Source of the DNA: Myxococcota bacterium
GTDB lineage: Bacteria > Myxococcota_A > SURF-8
Length of the DNA stretch: 64,000 nt
Assembly: GCA_965140415.1 (NCBI GenBank)
Contig: OZ223209.1
Span: forward strand, 3,744,001 to 3,808,000
Direction of reading: 5' to 3'
Positions 9,598-19,922 of the stretch are shown here, piece after piece (position 1 is the first letter of the stretch; each line of letters begins with the position of its first letter). The notes below the pieces were generated by a model. That model was given only the letters and a program-made list of their open reading frames with translations, did not search any database and was not told the origin of the DNA. Position numbers and translations under genes: made by a program.

Positions 9598-11148
9598 ATG
9601 GAAACACAGCCCAACGTCATTATGCTCGCAATCGACTGCCTGCGCTCCGATCGCATTCTGGCAGCCGAGCGAAGTTGCAAAACACCCAATATCGACCGCC
9701 TGGTGCAGCAGGGAGCATCGCTGCCCAACGTCTTCGTGGAAAACAGCATCACCGCGCCCTCATTTACTTCAATGTTTACAGGGCGTTACGCAGGAAACCA
9801 CGGCGTAATCGGCATGGTGGGCGTCAAGATGAACGAGGAAATCCCCACCCTGGCTGAAATCTTTGCGATGAATGGCTATGAAACCTACGCCGAAGTCACC
9901 GGGCCGCTAAACCCGATTTTAGGCGTGGATCGCGGCTTCTCGCATTACCATTTCCGAAGTCAGCACGACTATTTCTTCGGCGAGTGGGGCCAGAACCTGC
10001 TGAAACAATTGAAGAATGACGAATTTGATGGTCCCTATTTCCTGCTGGTGCATTTTTGGGAAGCGCATGTCCCGCGCCAGGTTCCGGAACGTTTTGACTC
10101 CGAAGAATTTGGAGCGACTCCGTATGATCGCTCGATTTCTGCGCTGGATAGCTACATCGGGCAACTGCTTGAAGCGGCGGGAAACGACACGGCGATCATT
10201 TTAACCGGCGATCACGGCGAAGCCATCGGCGAAGTGCCCCCAGAAGGCACCCTATTGCATTATTTCTTATACAAGCTAAATCTGCCGCCGGTATCCGAAG
10301 GCATGGCCGAATCCATCGACGACGTGACCGACTTGATGGCCGAAGAACCTCGCCTGCATCAATTCGCCAAAGATATTTCCAGGCAATACGACGATGGCGC
10401 GAAAAAGCTGGGCATCTGGCAGCGTTTGAAAATGATGGCGACCTTATTCATGATTGGAATGGCGCGCTACCGCATTCAGATGAAAAAGGGCGTGCGCGGC
10501 GGTTTCTTTAAAAACCTCAAGCAGAAAATCACCGATATGATGCTATTCTTTGCCGTGCTGCGCGGCAAAACCGATGCCGCCCAGGTTCAGATGGTGCGAA
10601 ATTCGCTGGAAGAACACAAACTGCAACACGGTTATCATATTTACGATTACCTGCAACGGGTGCCGATCGTCTTCTGCCACAAAGAGTTCTTCCCCGCCGG
10701 GCGGCGTGTCGAAGCTGACGTGCGGCATATCGATTTATTGCCGACACTGATCGACGCCTTCAAGCTTGAAGCGCCGGAAGATGCCGTTTTCGACGGCGCC
10801 AGCTATTTCCCGTATATCGAAGCAGGCGAAGGAGAAGATCGCCCGGTATACCTGGAAGCTCGTGGCGGGGCACAGGCGGAAAAAGTCTTTTTGATTCGCG
10901 GCGTGCGTCGCAAAGGATACAAAATCGCCTACGCTCCGCATGAAGCAAAGGCACCTGTTGAATGTTATAACCTGCAAGCCGATCCGCTGGAAATGCAGAA
11001 CGTAAGCGAATCCGACGCGCAGACTCCGGCGCTGCGTGAAGAAGCGGAGCAGATTTCCGGCAGTTTCTGTGCCGGTGCGGGAGGCACGTTGTCCGCCCGT
11101 GAAAACATGGAAATGGTCAAAAAACTGAAAAGCCTTGGATATATGTAA
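9598..11148 (+). CDS. Sulfatase-like hydrolase (alkaline phosphatase superfamily)
   Basis: PNVIMLAIDCLRSD, TAPSFTSMFTG, TGDHGE, DLLPTL, C-terminal LKSLGYM. Confidence 0.85.
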   Translation: METQPNVIMLAIDCLRSDRILAAERSCKTPNIDRLVQQGASLPNVFVENSITAPSFTSMFTGRYAGNHGVIGMVGVKMNEEIPTLAEIFAMNGYETYAEVTGPLNPILGVDRGFSHYHFRSQHDYFFGEWGQNLLKQLKNDEFDGPYFLLVHFWEAHVPRQVPERFDSEEFGATPYDRSISALDSYIGQLLEAAGNDTAIILTGDHGEAIGEVPPEGTLLHYFLYKLNLPPVSEGMAESIDDVTDLMAEEPRLHQFAKDISRQYDDGAKKLGIWQRLKMMATLFMIGMARYRIQMKKGVRGGFFKNLKQKITDMMLFFAVLRGKTDAAQVQMVRNSLEEHKLQHGYHIYDYLQRVPIVFCHKEFFPAGRRVEADVRHIDLLPTLIDAFKLEAPEDAVFDGASYFPYIEAGEGEDRPVYLEARGGAQAEKVFLIRGVRRKGYKIAYAPHEAKAPVECYNLQADPLEMQNVSESDAQTPALREEAEQISGSFCAGAGGTLSARENMEMVKKLKSLGYM

Positions 11149-11155
11149 AGGGGGA

Positions 11156-12544
11156 ATGATCGTGAGTAAACTCGTTGTAATCGGGCTGGATTGTGCCGCA
11201 CCGCAACTGATGTTCGAAAAATGGACCGACCGGCTGCCCAATATCAAGAAGCTGATGGATAATGGCCAGTACGGCAACCTGCGTTCGACCGAGCCGCCGA
11301 TCACCGTTCCGGCCTGGACGGCGATGATGACCAGTAAAGATCCCGGTACGCTCGGATTCTACGGTTTCAGAAATCGCGCGGAGTATAACTACGATGCGCT
11401 CTTTTTCGCCAACGCTAACGCGGTAAAGGAAAAGACGGTCTGGAATTACCTGTCGCGCAAGCGACTGAGTTCGCTGTTACTGGGCATTCCCCAGACCTAT
11501 CCGCCCAAGCCGTTACGCGGCTTGATGGTCAGCAGCTTTTTAACGCCGTCCAAAGACGTGCAGTGGACGTACCCGGCGGAAGCGGCCAAGGAAGTGGACG
11601 CCGCTGCAGGCGGGGACTACATTATCGATGTAAAGGATTTCCGCACCAACAAAAAGGAATGGCTGCTGGAGCAGATCATCGAAATGACGAAGCGTCGCTT
11701 TAAGGCCTTCCGTGGACTGTTGAAGAAAGACTTCGATTTCAACATGATGGTCGAAATGGGTACGGATCGTATTCACCATGCCTTCTGGCGTTTCATGGAT
11801 ACCAACCATCGGCTTTACAAACCGGGCAATCCCTTCGAGCACGCCATCCGCGACTATTACGAACTGATCGACCGCGAAATCGGTGAAACGCTTCAAGGCG
11901 TACCGGAAGACGCCACGGTCATGATCGTGTCGGATCACGGCGCGAAAACAATGGTGGGTGCCATCGCCATCAACGAATTCTTTATCAAGGAAGGATTGCT
12001 CACGTTGAAGCAGCGTCCCGAAAAACCGGGGCGCATGACGATGGACATGGTCGATTGGGAAAAGACGAAGTGCTGGGGAGAAGGCGGTTATTACAGCCGC
12101 ATCTTCTTTAACGTCAAGGGGCGCGAACCGCAGGGGCAGATCGACCCGGCGGATCTTCCCGCTTTCCAAAAGGAACTGATCGCCAAGCTGGAAGGCATCT
12201 GCGACGAAAACGGCAACAACATCGGCACCAAGGTGCTGATCCCCCAGGAAGTGTACGCAAAAGTCAACGGCATCGCGCCGGATCTGATCGTGTATCTAGG
12301 CGATCTGGACTGGCGCTCGGCGGGTTCGGTCGGTCTGGACTGCATCCATCTTTACGAAAACGACACCGGTCCCGATGATGCCAACCACGCCAAAAACGGA
12401 GTCGTGGTCATCAGTCCGGCTAATGGTCGCGCGACGCGCGGAGGCGGGCAATACTCCATTTACGATATCGCCCCGACCATTCTCGATCACTTCGGAATCG
12501 CCGTTCCGAAAGACATGAAGGGGAAAAGCCTGTACGCTTCATAA
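11156..12544 (+). CDS. Type I phosphodiesterase / nucleotide pyrophosphatase family protein
   Basis: VIGLDCA, PPITVPAWTAMMT, DRIHH, VSDHG, DDANH motifs. Confidence 0.85.
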   Translation: MIVSKLVVIGLDCAAPQLMFEKWTDRLPNIKKLMDNGQYGNLRSTEPPITVPAWTAMMTSKDPGTLGFYGFRNRAEYNYDALFFANANAVKEKTVWNYLSRKRLSSLLLGIPQTYPPKPLRGLMVSSFLTPSKDVQWTYPAEAAKEVDAAAGGDYIIDVKDFRTNKKEWLLEQIIEMTKRRFKAFRGLLKKDFDFNMMVEMGTDRIHHAFWRFMDTNHRLYKPGNPFEHAIRDYYELIDREIGETLQGVPEDATVMIVSDHGAKTMVGAIAINEFFIKEGLLTLKQRPEKPGRMTMDMVDWEKTKCWGEGGYYSRIFFNVKGREPQGQIDPADLPAFQKELIAKLEGICDENGNNIGTKVLIPQEVYAKVNGIAPDLIVYLGDLDWRSAGSVGLDCIHLYENDTGPDDANHAKNGVVVISPANGRATRGGGQYSIYDIAPTILDHFGIAVPKDMKGKSLYAS

Positions 12545-12608
12545 TCCATTCATGCCTAATGGACTGAGCATAAGTTAGAACCAAGATAGCAGGAGAGGAG
12601 AGATCATC

Positions 12609-13175
12609 ATGGCGAAAGGATTTACGCTGTGGTTTTCCGGTATGGCGGGTTCGGGTAAGACCGAACTGGCAGAAACGGTGGAAGGCAACCTGTTGGAACG
12701 CGGACTGGATGTGGAGTTTTTAGACGACACGATGCTGCGCGAGGATTTCGGCAACGAATTGGGTGAGGCTCCGGCGGGATTCGAGGAACTGGCGCTAAGA
12801 GCGGGTAGATTGGCGAACCTGCTGACTCGCAACGGCGTTCCGACTTTGATCGCCGCACACGCGCCACTTCGAGAACAGCGCGAGACCAACCGGCAGTTGA
12901 TCGGGGATTTCGTAGAAGTATATTGCAAGCGCGAGTTGAGCGCCTGCCAGGAATCGGCGGGAGATGACGCCCTGTTTGCCACTGTGTTTGAGGAGCCGGA
13001 GCGCCCGGAAATCCTGGTCGAAATCGACGAGGAAGACCCGGAAGAAGCGGCGCAGAAGATCATCCATACCTTGACGTTGCTGGGTAAACTGGACAGCGGC
13101 GAGAGCGAGAGCGAATACTCGCAGGATGAAGAGGAAAAGATCAAAAAACGCTTGAAGGATCTGGGTTATATTTAG
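12609..13175 (+). CDS. Adenylyl-sulfate kinase-like protein (divergent CysC)
   Basis: GFTLWFSGMAGSGKT P-loop, LLTRNGV, FVEVYC, EEPERPE; tail YSQDEEEKIKKRLKDLGYI. Confidence 0.75.
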   Translation: MAKGFTLWFSGMAGSGKTELAETVEGNLLERGLDVEFLDDTMLREDFGNELGEAPAGFEELALRAGRLANLLTRNGVPTLIAAHAPLREQRETNRQLIGDFVEVYCKRELSACQESAGDDALFATVFEEPERPEILVEIDEEDPEEAAQKIIHTLTLLGKLDSGESESEYSQDEEEKIKKRLKDLGYI

Positions 13176-13229
13176 ACCTGTTCATACCAGATTAGTACGG
13201 TTTTTCTACTCCGTCGCCTACGCGCAGGA

Positions 13230-13326
13230 TGTGGCATGGTCTCACGGAATGGAAATTCCGGGAGGCCCTGTATCGATGCAAGAAAGCACACAGCCTCCTC
13301 ATCTTCGAAGGCGATACTATGGCACA
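13230..13326 (+). repeat. ~100-bp MITE-like repeat, copy 1 (most diverged)
   Basis: TGTGGCATGGTCTCACGGAATGGAAATTCCGGGAG...ACTATGGCACA; matches copies at 14784 and 21831. Confidence 0.85.
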
Positions 13327-13375
13327 ACTTATTCTAATCCATGGGTAAAGACGAGAACAATAGTAGGGAGTTTCG

Positions 13376-14680
13376 GTGATGAAGTGGTTTAGTAAAAAGA
13401 AAGCCAAACCCGGCAAGGTCATGGTTGTGGGGTTAGACGGCGTTCCCTGTTTTCTGCTGAAGAAATTTATTGCGGAGGGAGTTACCCCGAATATCGCGCG
13501 AATCACCAAGGGTAAAGCTCCCACCCGCATGCAGGTGGTATATCCCGAAATCAGTTCGGTAAGCTGGCCCAGTTTCATGACCGGCGAAGATCCGGGCGGT
13601 CACGGCGTGTTCGGCTTTACGGATTTTCGGCCCAATTCCTACGACGTGTTTTTCCCCGGTTACGCCGACGTGCAGGCCAAGACGATCTGGGAGAAGCTGG
13701 GCGAGCAGGGAAAGCGCTCCATCGTCATCAACCAGCCCTCTACCTACCCGGCGCGTAAACTGGAAGGCGCGTTGATCAGCGGCTTCGTAGCGGTGGAGTT
13801 GATCAAGAGCGTGACCCCCAGCAAGTACCTGGGTGCGTTAAAGCGCATGAAATATGAAACCGATATCGATTTGGAGAACGCGCGTAAAAACGCGGACGTG
13901 CTCTTTGCGCAACTCGATCAAACTCTGAAGACACGCGAAGCCGCCTACGAATTGCTGCGCGAGCGCGAAGAATGGGATTACTTCGAGGTGGTCGTCACCG
14001 GAACGGATCGGCTGCAACATTACCAGATGCACGCCGTGCTGGACCCGTTGCAGGAAAATCACGAACGCGCCATCGATTACTACCGCAAGGTGGATGCCTT
14101 CGTCGGCAAGATGTTCGATAACTACTGCGCGGATACCGGCACCGACGGCGAGAACTTCATCATGCTTTCCGATCACGGTTTTACGCAGATCAAAAAAGAG
14201 GTCTACGTCAATAGCTGGCTGGAGGAAAACGGCTATCTTTCCTTTAGCGGCGATGGACGGCAGATCAAAGACATCGACCCGCAGAGCCGTGCTTTCGCGC
14301 TGGACCCGGGCCGCATTTACCTGCACCGCAAGGGACGTTTTCCCAACGGCTGCGTGAATGACGAGCAGGCCCCGGTGCTGTTGAAGGAAATTTCCGACAA
14401 GCTGAAAACCCTGCAACATGAAGGCGAACCGATCATCCAGGATATTTTCACGCCCGAGCAGGTTTACCATGGACCGTATGTGAAGCAAGCGGCGGATCTG
14501 ATCGCCTGGTCGCATTGGGGCTACGATCTCAAGGCGGCGACGTCGCAGGGCGAAGTCGTTCGCGACACCGATCTGACCGGCATGCACACACAGGACGATG
14601 CCTTCCTGATCGCGGGTGACGCCTTTGAAGACGGCGTCCACATCACGAAACTGGCGGAATGGATTTTAGGAAAGTATTGA
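13376..14680 (+). CDS. Type I phosphodiesterase / nucleotide pyrophosphatase family protein
   Basis: VVGLDGVP, PEISSVSWPSFMTG, TDRLQH, LSDHGF, TGMH. Confidence 0.85.
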   Translation: MMKWFSKKKAKPGKVMVVGLDGVPCFLLKKFIAEGVTPNIARITKGKAPTRMQVVYPEISSVSWPSFMTGEDPGGHGVFGFTDFRPNSYDVFFPGYADVQAKTIWEKLGEQGKRSIVINQPSTYPARKLEGALISGFVAVELIKSVTPSKYLGALKRMKYETDIDLENARKNADVLFAQLDQTLKTREAAYELLREREEWDYFEVVVTGTDRLQHYQMHAVLDPLQENHERAIDYYRKVDAFVGKMFDNYCADTGTDGENFIMLSDHGFTQIKKEVYVNSWLEENGYLSFSGDGRQIKDIDPQSRAFALDPGRIYLHRKGRFPNGCVNDEQAPVLLKEISDKLKTLQHEGEPIIQDIFTPEQVYHGPYVKQAADLIAWSHWGYDLKAATSQGEVVRDTDLTGMHTQDDAFLIAGDAFEDGVHITKLAEWILGKY

Positions 14681-14711
14681 GAACCATCCAACTTGTTTGA
14701 AATGCACCTGC

Positions 14712-14743
14712 AATCCCGGGCTTCGGCTCGGGATTTTTGTTTA
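14712..14743 (+). terminator. Rho-independent terminator
   Basis: AATCCCGGGC-TTCG-GCTCGGGATT followed by a T tract, about 30 bp after the stop codon. Confidence 0.8.
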
Positions 14744-14783
14744 TAGCTTCTATTACGCATTTTTACTGATCGTGTAATCTGTG

Positions 14784-14884
14784 TGTGCCATGGTCTCACA
14801 GAATGGAAATTCCGGGAGGCCGTGTGTATCTTATTGAAAGCACACAGCCTTCCACGATCTTCGATCGCGTAAGACTATGGCACA
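14784..14884 (+). repeat. ~100-bp MITE-like repeat, copy 2
   Basis: TGTGCCATGGTCTCAC...GTAAGACTATGGCACA imperfect terminal inverted repeats. Confidence 0.85.
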
Positions 14885-14922
14885 AATTCTTGGAATTATA
14901 AGCCAATAATGACTAATACTTT

Positions 14923-15684
14923 TTACGCCTTCTCCACCAAGATTCCAATCGCTTCACTCGCCAGCGCATAACCGAAGATACCCGGCATGCAGATCAGGCT
15001 TGGTAGGCGTCGGCGCTTGCGCCCGCGTTGCATGAAGTCTTCGCTGTCATCCGGCTCGAAGGTTTCACCGCGCGGTTCGATGGAATACACCGCCCGGATG
15101 CCGGTGCGAATGCCGAAGCGGCCCAAACGCCGCCGCACGACGCGTGCCAGCGGGCAGATCGTGGTTTTGGACAGGTCGTCGATGCGCAACTTGGAGGGAT
15201 CGCTACGGCCCGAGGCCCCCATGCTGCTCACCGTGGCGATATGGTTCTCGACGCAGTATTTCAATAGCATCACTTTGGGCAGTACGCCGTCGATGGCGTC
15301 GATGACGAGATCCGGTTGTCCGTCCAGTAATTCCGCCGCGCTGTCTTCATGCATGAACGCGATACGGGTTTCGACCTGGGTTTGTTGGCAGATGCGGCCA
15401 ATCCGTTCCGCCAGCACTTCGGTTTTGGGGCGTCCGATATCCTCGACGGTGGCTACCGCGTTGCGGTTCAGGCTGGAAGCGGTTACCGGGTCGAAGTCGA
15501 TCAGGCGCAACTTGCCTACTCCCGAGCGAGCCAGCGCCATCGCCGCGTGACTGCCTACGCCGCCAAGCCCCACGACCACCACAAAGGAGGAACGCAGGCG
15601 TAAAAAGGCCTCTTCGCCCAACTGGTCGATGGAGCGGGTGAATACGGCCAGTGGATCAGCTAAGGCGGAAGAGTTCGCGGGCAT
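14923..15684 (-). CDS. tcdA: tRNA threonylcarbamoyladenosine dehydratase (ThiF family)
   Basis: VVGLGGVGS, LARSGVG, DFD...SSLNR, VIDAID, SSMGA, CPLARVVR. Confidence 0.85.
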   Translation of the reverse strand: MPANSSALADPLAVFTRSIDQLGEEAFLRLRSSFVVVVGLGGVGSHAAMALARSGVGKLRLIDFDPVTASSLNRNAVATVEDIGRPKTEVLAERIGRICQQTQVETRIAFMHEDSAAELLDGQPDLVIDAIDGVLPKVMLLKYCVENHIATVSSMGASGRSDPSKLRIDDLSKTTICPLARVVRRRLGRFGIRTGIRAVYSIEPRGETFEPDDSEDFMQRGRKRRRLPSLICMPGIFGYALASEAIGILVEKA

Positions 15685-16423
15685 TGGCCGTGGTCCTTTC
15701 GGCGATGGTTTCGATGGGTTCGTTTCGGATCTCAGCCAGTGATTGTGCGATATCGGCAATGTGCTGCGGCTCTACCTGCTCCGGCAAGACGCCATCCAAT
15801 CCGATACTGGGAGCGTCGGTTTCCAGCAGGATGCGCTCCATGGGAGCAAGTTGGGCGGAGCGGCGTGGACGCTTGGCCTTGGGACGCGTAATCGCGCCTC
15901 CGAAAGCAACGTACAGTCCCAGATCCAGGAATCGTTGCAGCAGTTGCGGTCCGCGTGAAAAGGCGTGGACGACGCCGCGCAGGCGGGGAGCGTATTCGGA
16001 AAGAATCGAGATCAGTTCTTCAAATGCGCCCCGGCAGTGCAATAGCACAGGCAGATCCAACTCCACCGCCAGATCCAGTTGAGCGCGTAGAATCTGCTCC
16101 TGACGTCTCCGGTCCACCTTCTCGATTTTATAGTCCAGCCCGATTTCCCCGACTGCAACAGCCTTGCAGGCCAATAGTCGCTGCCGGAGAGAATCGCTAT
16201 GTAACGCCTCTTCTGCGACCCAGGGGTGCAACCCAAATGCAGGATGAATGCCGTTGTGATTTTGCGCCAGTTCTTCAATCGACTCCCAGCTTGCGAGATC
16301 GTAGGCCGGAAGCACAATGTCGTGTACACCGCGCGCTAAAGCACGGGACAGAACACCGGGAACGTCCAGGCATAGCGGCTCGAAATTCAAATGACAGTGC
16401 GTTTCAATGAAGAACATGTTCAA
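15656..16423 (-). CDS. TatD family nuclease
   Basis: ETHCHL, GLHPW, GEIGLDY, LHCR, HAFS, LETDAP. Confidence 0.92.
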   Translation of the reverse strand: MNMFFIETHCHLNFEPLCLDVPGVLSRALARGVHDIVLPAYDLASWESIEELAQNHNGIHPAFGLHPWVAEEALHSDSLRQRLLACKAVAVGEIGLDYKIEKVDRRRQEQILRAQLDLAVELDLPVLLHCRGAFEELISILSEYAPRLRGVVHAFSRGPQLLQRFLDLGLYVAFGGAITRPKAKRPRRSAQLAPMERILLETDAPSIGLDGVLPEQVEPQHIADIAQSLAEIRNEPIETIAERTTANARELFRLS

Positions 16424-16444
16424 GTCCGTTTGTTTTGGCTTCGC

Positions 16445-17899
16445 TCAGGCGCTCTCGGCGCTCGCGCTATCATCCGAAGAGGAACCGTCGCTGGTGCGCT
16501 GAATGATGCCTTTAAACAGCAGAATCAACACCGGGCTGCTTATCGCGGTCAGGCCGATGATGCCCCAGAACATGAACGGATCCTGGGGGCCTTCTTTGGG
16601 CGCGTATGCCGGGAGCAGCCAGGCTTGCAAACCGGCGACCAGGGGTTTACTGGCGAACCAGGGGAGAATCGACAGGCTCATGTAGGAGCCTTCGCGGCCC
16701 TTGGGCGCAATGGAGGCGGTATACTCGAACAGGCGCGGCGACCAGATGCCCTCGCCGATGGTGAAGATGATCGTGAAAAGAATCAGCGGGATGTACCAGG
16801 GATGCAGGGCACCGTCCACGGAGAGCAGAAACGCCAGGCCTGTGCCGATCCAGCTATTGGCGATAAAGGTGAACGCCTCGCCGGGAATGCAGAGAATGAA
16901 CACGGAAAGCGCGGAGATGATCGAACCGATTACGATCATTTTGAAGGAGGAAATCTTCTGTGTCAACGCACCGATAAAGGGCACGAACAGCACGATGATC
17001 AACGGGTTGAGCACCCCCCAGGCGGTGCCGAATTTTGCACCTTCACCGATGTAGCGTTCTGCAAACGGTGGCAGGGAATAGTGCATGTGGTAGAACACGC
17101 TCTTCACGCCGATCAGGAAGGTCAGGAAAAGGATAAAGAGCCAGAACTGCTTTTCGCGCACCACCTCGACGAAAATGCGCGCCGGATTCTCCGCTTTTTT
17201 CGCTTCCTTGGCAGCCGTGATTTCGCCGGTATCTTCATCGACCGTGATGCCGCGCCGAATGAAGAGTTGAATCACGATCAGTCCTACCACGGTAATCAAA
17301 CCCGAGAGCAGAAAGAGAAACTGAAACTGGGTCATGGTGTGGCCAACGAAACTGACGCTGCCGCCCCAGTTCTTGACCAGTTCCCGGATCATATCGAAGC
17401 CCCAGCCGCCGATGGCATAGCCGACGTTCATCAGCACGTAAAACAGGGAAAACGCCATGGAACGCTGATTTTTATCGGTGTAGCGGCGAATGGCGGCGGC
17501 AACGACCGGAGACATCAGCGCCATGCCGACGGCGATCGGGCCGAGACCGATGATGATGGCGCCTAAATAGTCCTGATCGAATGCGATGGCCAACCGCCCG
17601 AAGACACAGAAGGCATAGCCCAGCCAGAATGAACGTTTGATGCCCAGTCCATCGGTCACCATTCCGGCAGTGGTCATCATGGCCGAGAGAATCATGCCCC
17701 AGACCATCAAGGTATACGCCGCGCTCTCGTCCGACTGGCTCAGGTCTTCGGTCAGCCACAGCATCAGGCTGAATTGCATGAAGGTATAGGCGATGTACTC
17801 CAGAATGTTGATGGCGTAGACCACCCACAATTCGCGTGGGGCGGTTCTTAAAATGGTGAACTTGTCCTTGAAGTCAGCCCACTTTTCCGACAAACCCAT
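16445..17899 (-). CDS. MFS transporter (POT/peptide-like)
   Basis: About 12 TM segments; AFSLFYVLMNVG and TIGEGIWSPR motifs. Confidence 0.85.
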   Translation of the reverse strand: MGLSEKWADFKDKFTILRTAPRELWVVYAINILEYIAYTFMQFSLMLWLTEDLSQSDESAAYTLMVWGMILSAMMTTAGMVTDGLGIKRSFWLGYAFCVFGRLAIAFDQDYLGAIIIGLGPIAVGMALMSPVVAAAIRRYTDKNQRSMAFSLFYVLMNVGYAIGGWGFDMIRELVKNWGGSVSFVGHTMTQFQFLFLLSGLITVVGLIVIQLFIRRGITVDEDTGEITAAKEAKKAENPARIFVEVVREKQFWLFILFLTFLIGVKSVFYHMHYSLPPFAERYIGEGAKFGTAWGVLNPLIIVLFVPFIGALTQKISSFKMIVIGSIISALSVFILCIPGEAFTFIANSWIGTGLAFLLSVDGALHPWYIPLILFTIIFTIGEGIWSPRLFEYTASIAPKGREGSYMSLSILPWFASKPLVAGLQAWLLPAYAPKEGPQDPFMFWGIIGLTAISSPVLILLFKGIIQRTSDGSSSDDSASAESA

Positions 17900-18165
17900 T
17901 GCCTGTTCTCCTTGGCTTGAATGTGACCGGATTCCGTTATCCGGATGGCGAGTTATAGCACGGAGAGACAGCCCTGCCAAGCCAAACAGCTACTTCGCAC
18001 TATATTGCCAACCTGTCTGACTTCGGTGTGGTACGGGCTAAGCCGTTGGCTTGTCCGTGTTAAAGAACGACATGGGCAAGCTTCGTTTCTCTTCGCTTCG
18101 CCCATGCCACCCATTTTGACAGTCAGTCGTAATAATTCGTAACACACCAAAGTTAAACAACAAGT

Positions 18166-19290
18166 TCACTTTTTCTCGAACTCCAGCGCGTCGATGCGAT
18201 TGCGATGGTAGGAGGACCACAGCGCCATCACCGGGTTGTGTCCCAAGACGCGATCCTTGACGACCAGGGTCGTGACCGGCGCTTTGCTGTGAGTGGTGAA
18301 CAGAATGTCGTGACCCAGACACAATCCCAAAATGACATTCAACTGAGTACCACAGTCGTTGAACACGCGGGCCTGACCCACCGGGTTACAACTGATGTCG
18401 TGTTCGCGTTCGGCATGTAAAAGCGGCAGGCCAAGCTCACGCTTGTCGATTCCACCCAGTTTGCAGCAGGCCGAAACGACTTCGACGTGTTTTCTAAGAA
18501 CGCGGTCCACTTCGCGAGCCTCGCGTTGCAGTCCGACGCAAAACGCCAATCCGATTTTCTGAATGTTCATCCTGTGGCAGTAGTGGATCAGTTCTTCCAG
18601 TCGAGTCAGTTTGCCATAGCCTTGTGACTCGATACCTGCGGCGCACTGCATGATTTCCTGTACCGCTGGGCGCAGCATGGCGGCGCGCATTTCCGGTCGC
18701 AATTCCAGGCAATCCTTGCCCGAGTAGCATTCCTTCTTCCCGCATTGCGCACACTTCTGCTGCTTGGATTCTCGATCCGCCTTGGCTTCCCGTTCGGCGG
18801 ACTTCGACGTTTTTTTGTGAGCTTGGGTCGCATCATGCTGCGCCATGCGCTCTCCGATCCAGCCATTTGCCGAATCGGGAAAGGCGTCGATGTGCGGCAC
18901 ATAAGGCTTGATATCCAATAGCGGGGTACCATCGACCATATCCACCCCGGCAATGAGCAAACGGTTTCCATCAATGGATAACAGTCGAACGGTAGTCAGC
19001 CCGATGGCATTGGGGCGACGAGGACTGCGGGTGGCGAAGAGTCCGCGTGTGTTATCGTCGAGATAAGGTGTGGTTTCAAGGCGATAGCCGCGCGACTCGG
19101 TCAGGGCGGTTATCAGGGTTATACGCTCGAAGCCGTCCAGATCCTTCAAGCCATCCGCGAAATCCTCGTACAGTTCGATTTCGCCTTCGGAATCGGGTAG
19201 CAAAGCTCCCTGGATGGGGGCGTCCTGCTGGCTTTTGAAGTTGGTGTGGATGATGCCGATCGGTTGATAACTGACGGATAACAAGGACAT
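18166..19290 (-). CDS. TrmO/TsaA tRNA methyltransferase fused to a DUF1847 Cys-rich domain
   Basis: N-terminal GLFATRSPRRPNAIGLT...DGTPLLDIKPY; C-terminal TRLEE, IGLAFCVGL, CCK, CNPVGQA, GLCLGHD, KDRVLGHNP. Confidence 0.8.
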   Translation of the reverse strand: MSLLSVSYQPIGIIHTNFKSQQDAPIQGALLPDSEGEIELYEDFADGLKDLDGFERITLITALTESRGYRLETTPYLDDNTRGLFATRSPRRPNAIGLTTVRLLSIDGNRLLIAGVDMVDGTPLLDIKPYVPHIDAFPDSANGWIGERMAQHDATQAHKKTSKSAEREAKADRESKQQKCAQCGKKECYSGKDCLELRPEMRAAMLRPAVQEIMQCAAGIESQGYGKLTRLEELIHYCHRMNIQKIGLAFCVGLQREAREVDRVLRKHVEVVSACCKLGGIDKRELGLPLLHAEREHDISCNPVGQARVFNDCGTQLNVILGLCLGHDILFTTHSKAPVTTLVVKDRVLGHNPVMALWSSYHRNRIDALEFEKK

Positions 19291-19410
19291 GGGTAACCTC
19301 CCGCAAGCACGTGAACGACTAGAGTGCAAACCAAATCGCTTCGGCAAATTGCCGTGGTTGGCAGTTTCGCACCGTTAGCAGGTGAGATCAAGTCCTTATG
19401 TTAAGAAAGT

Positions 19411-19620
19411 CTAACTTTCCTGTTTTTCGGCTGCGGCTCGTTGGCGTTGCTCGTCGGGGGTGCCGTGACGGGTGAACTCCCAGATCAGGCACATGGTGCG
19501 ATAGCGGCAGTAAAGAGTCGGATCCTGACATTTCAGGCAATCATCGCAAAGATAGCGGCTGTACTTTGCGCAGAAGTGGTTGGCCTCTTTATCCGGATGA
19601 TTCGCGCAGAAGTTGGGCAT
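19411..19620 (-). CDS. Small Cys/His-rich (B-box-like zinc-binding) protein
   Basis: CANHPD...CAK...LCDDCLKCQDPTLYCRYRTMC. Confidence 0.65.
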   Translation of the reverse strand: MPNFCANHPDKEANHFCAKYSRYLCDDCLKCQDPTLYCRYRTMCLIWEFTRHGTPDEQRQRAAAEKQES

Positions 19621-19922
19621 GAGGGTGCTTCCTTTCGATCGATTCCACAGGGCTGGGTGACTGTGACCCGGTCCGCTTTCCCGCAGCAGGCGCATGGCCG
19701 ACACCTGCAAACGAGACGCATCAAATAATAATGCCATATCACTACTGTCGCTTCAAGCGGTTTTAAGGCTTGAAAACGGCGGAGTCGCCAAGCCCTGGCG
19801 GCCATTCGATAGATGAATTTTCCAGTTGCTCTATTTCCTTTTTTCTTGTAAGGCAGATGCGGCTTGCAGATTGGGGGTTGGTTTGGGTATAGTACGCGCT
19901 GATAATATCTGTGGAGGAAAGA

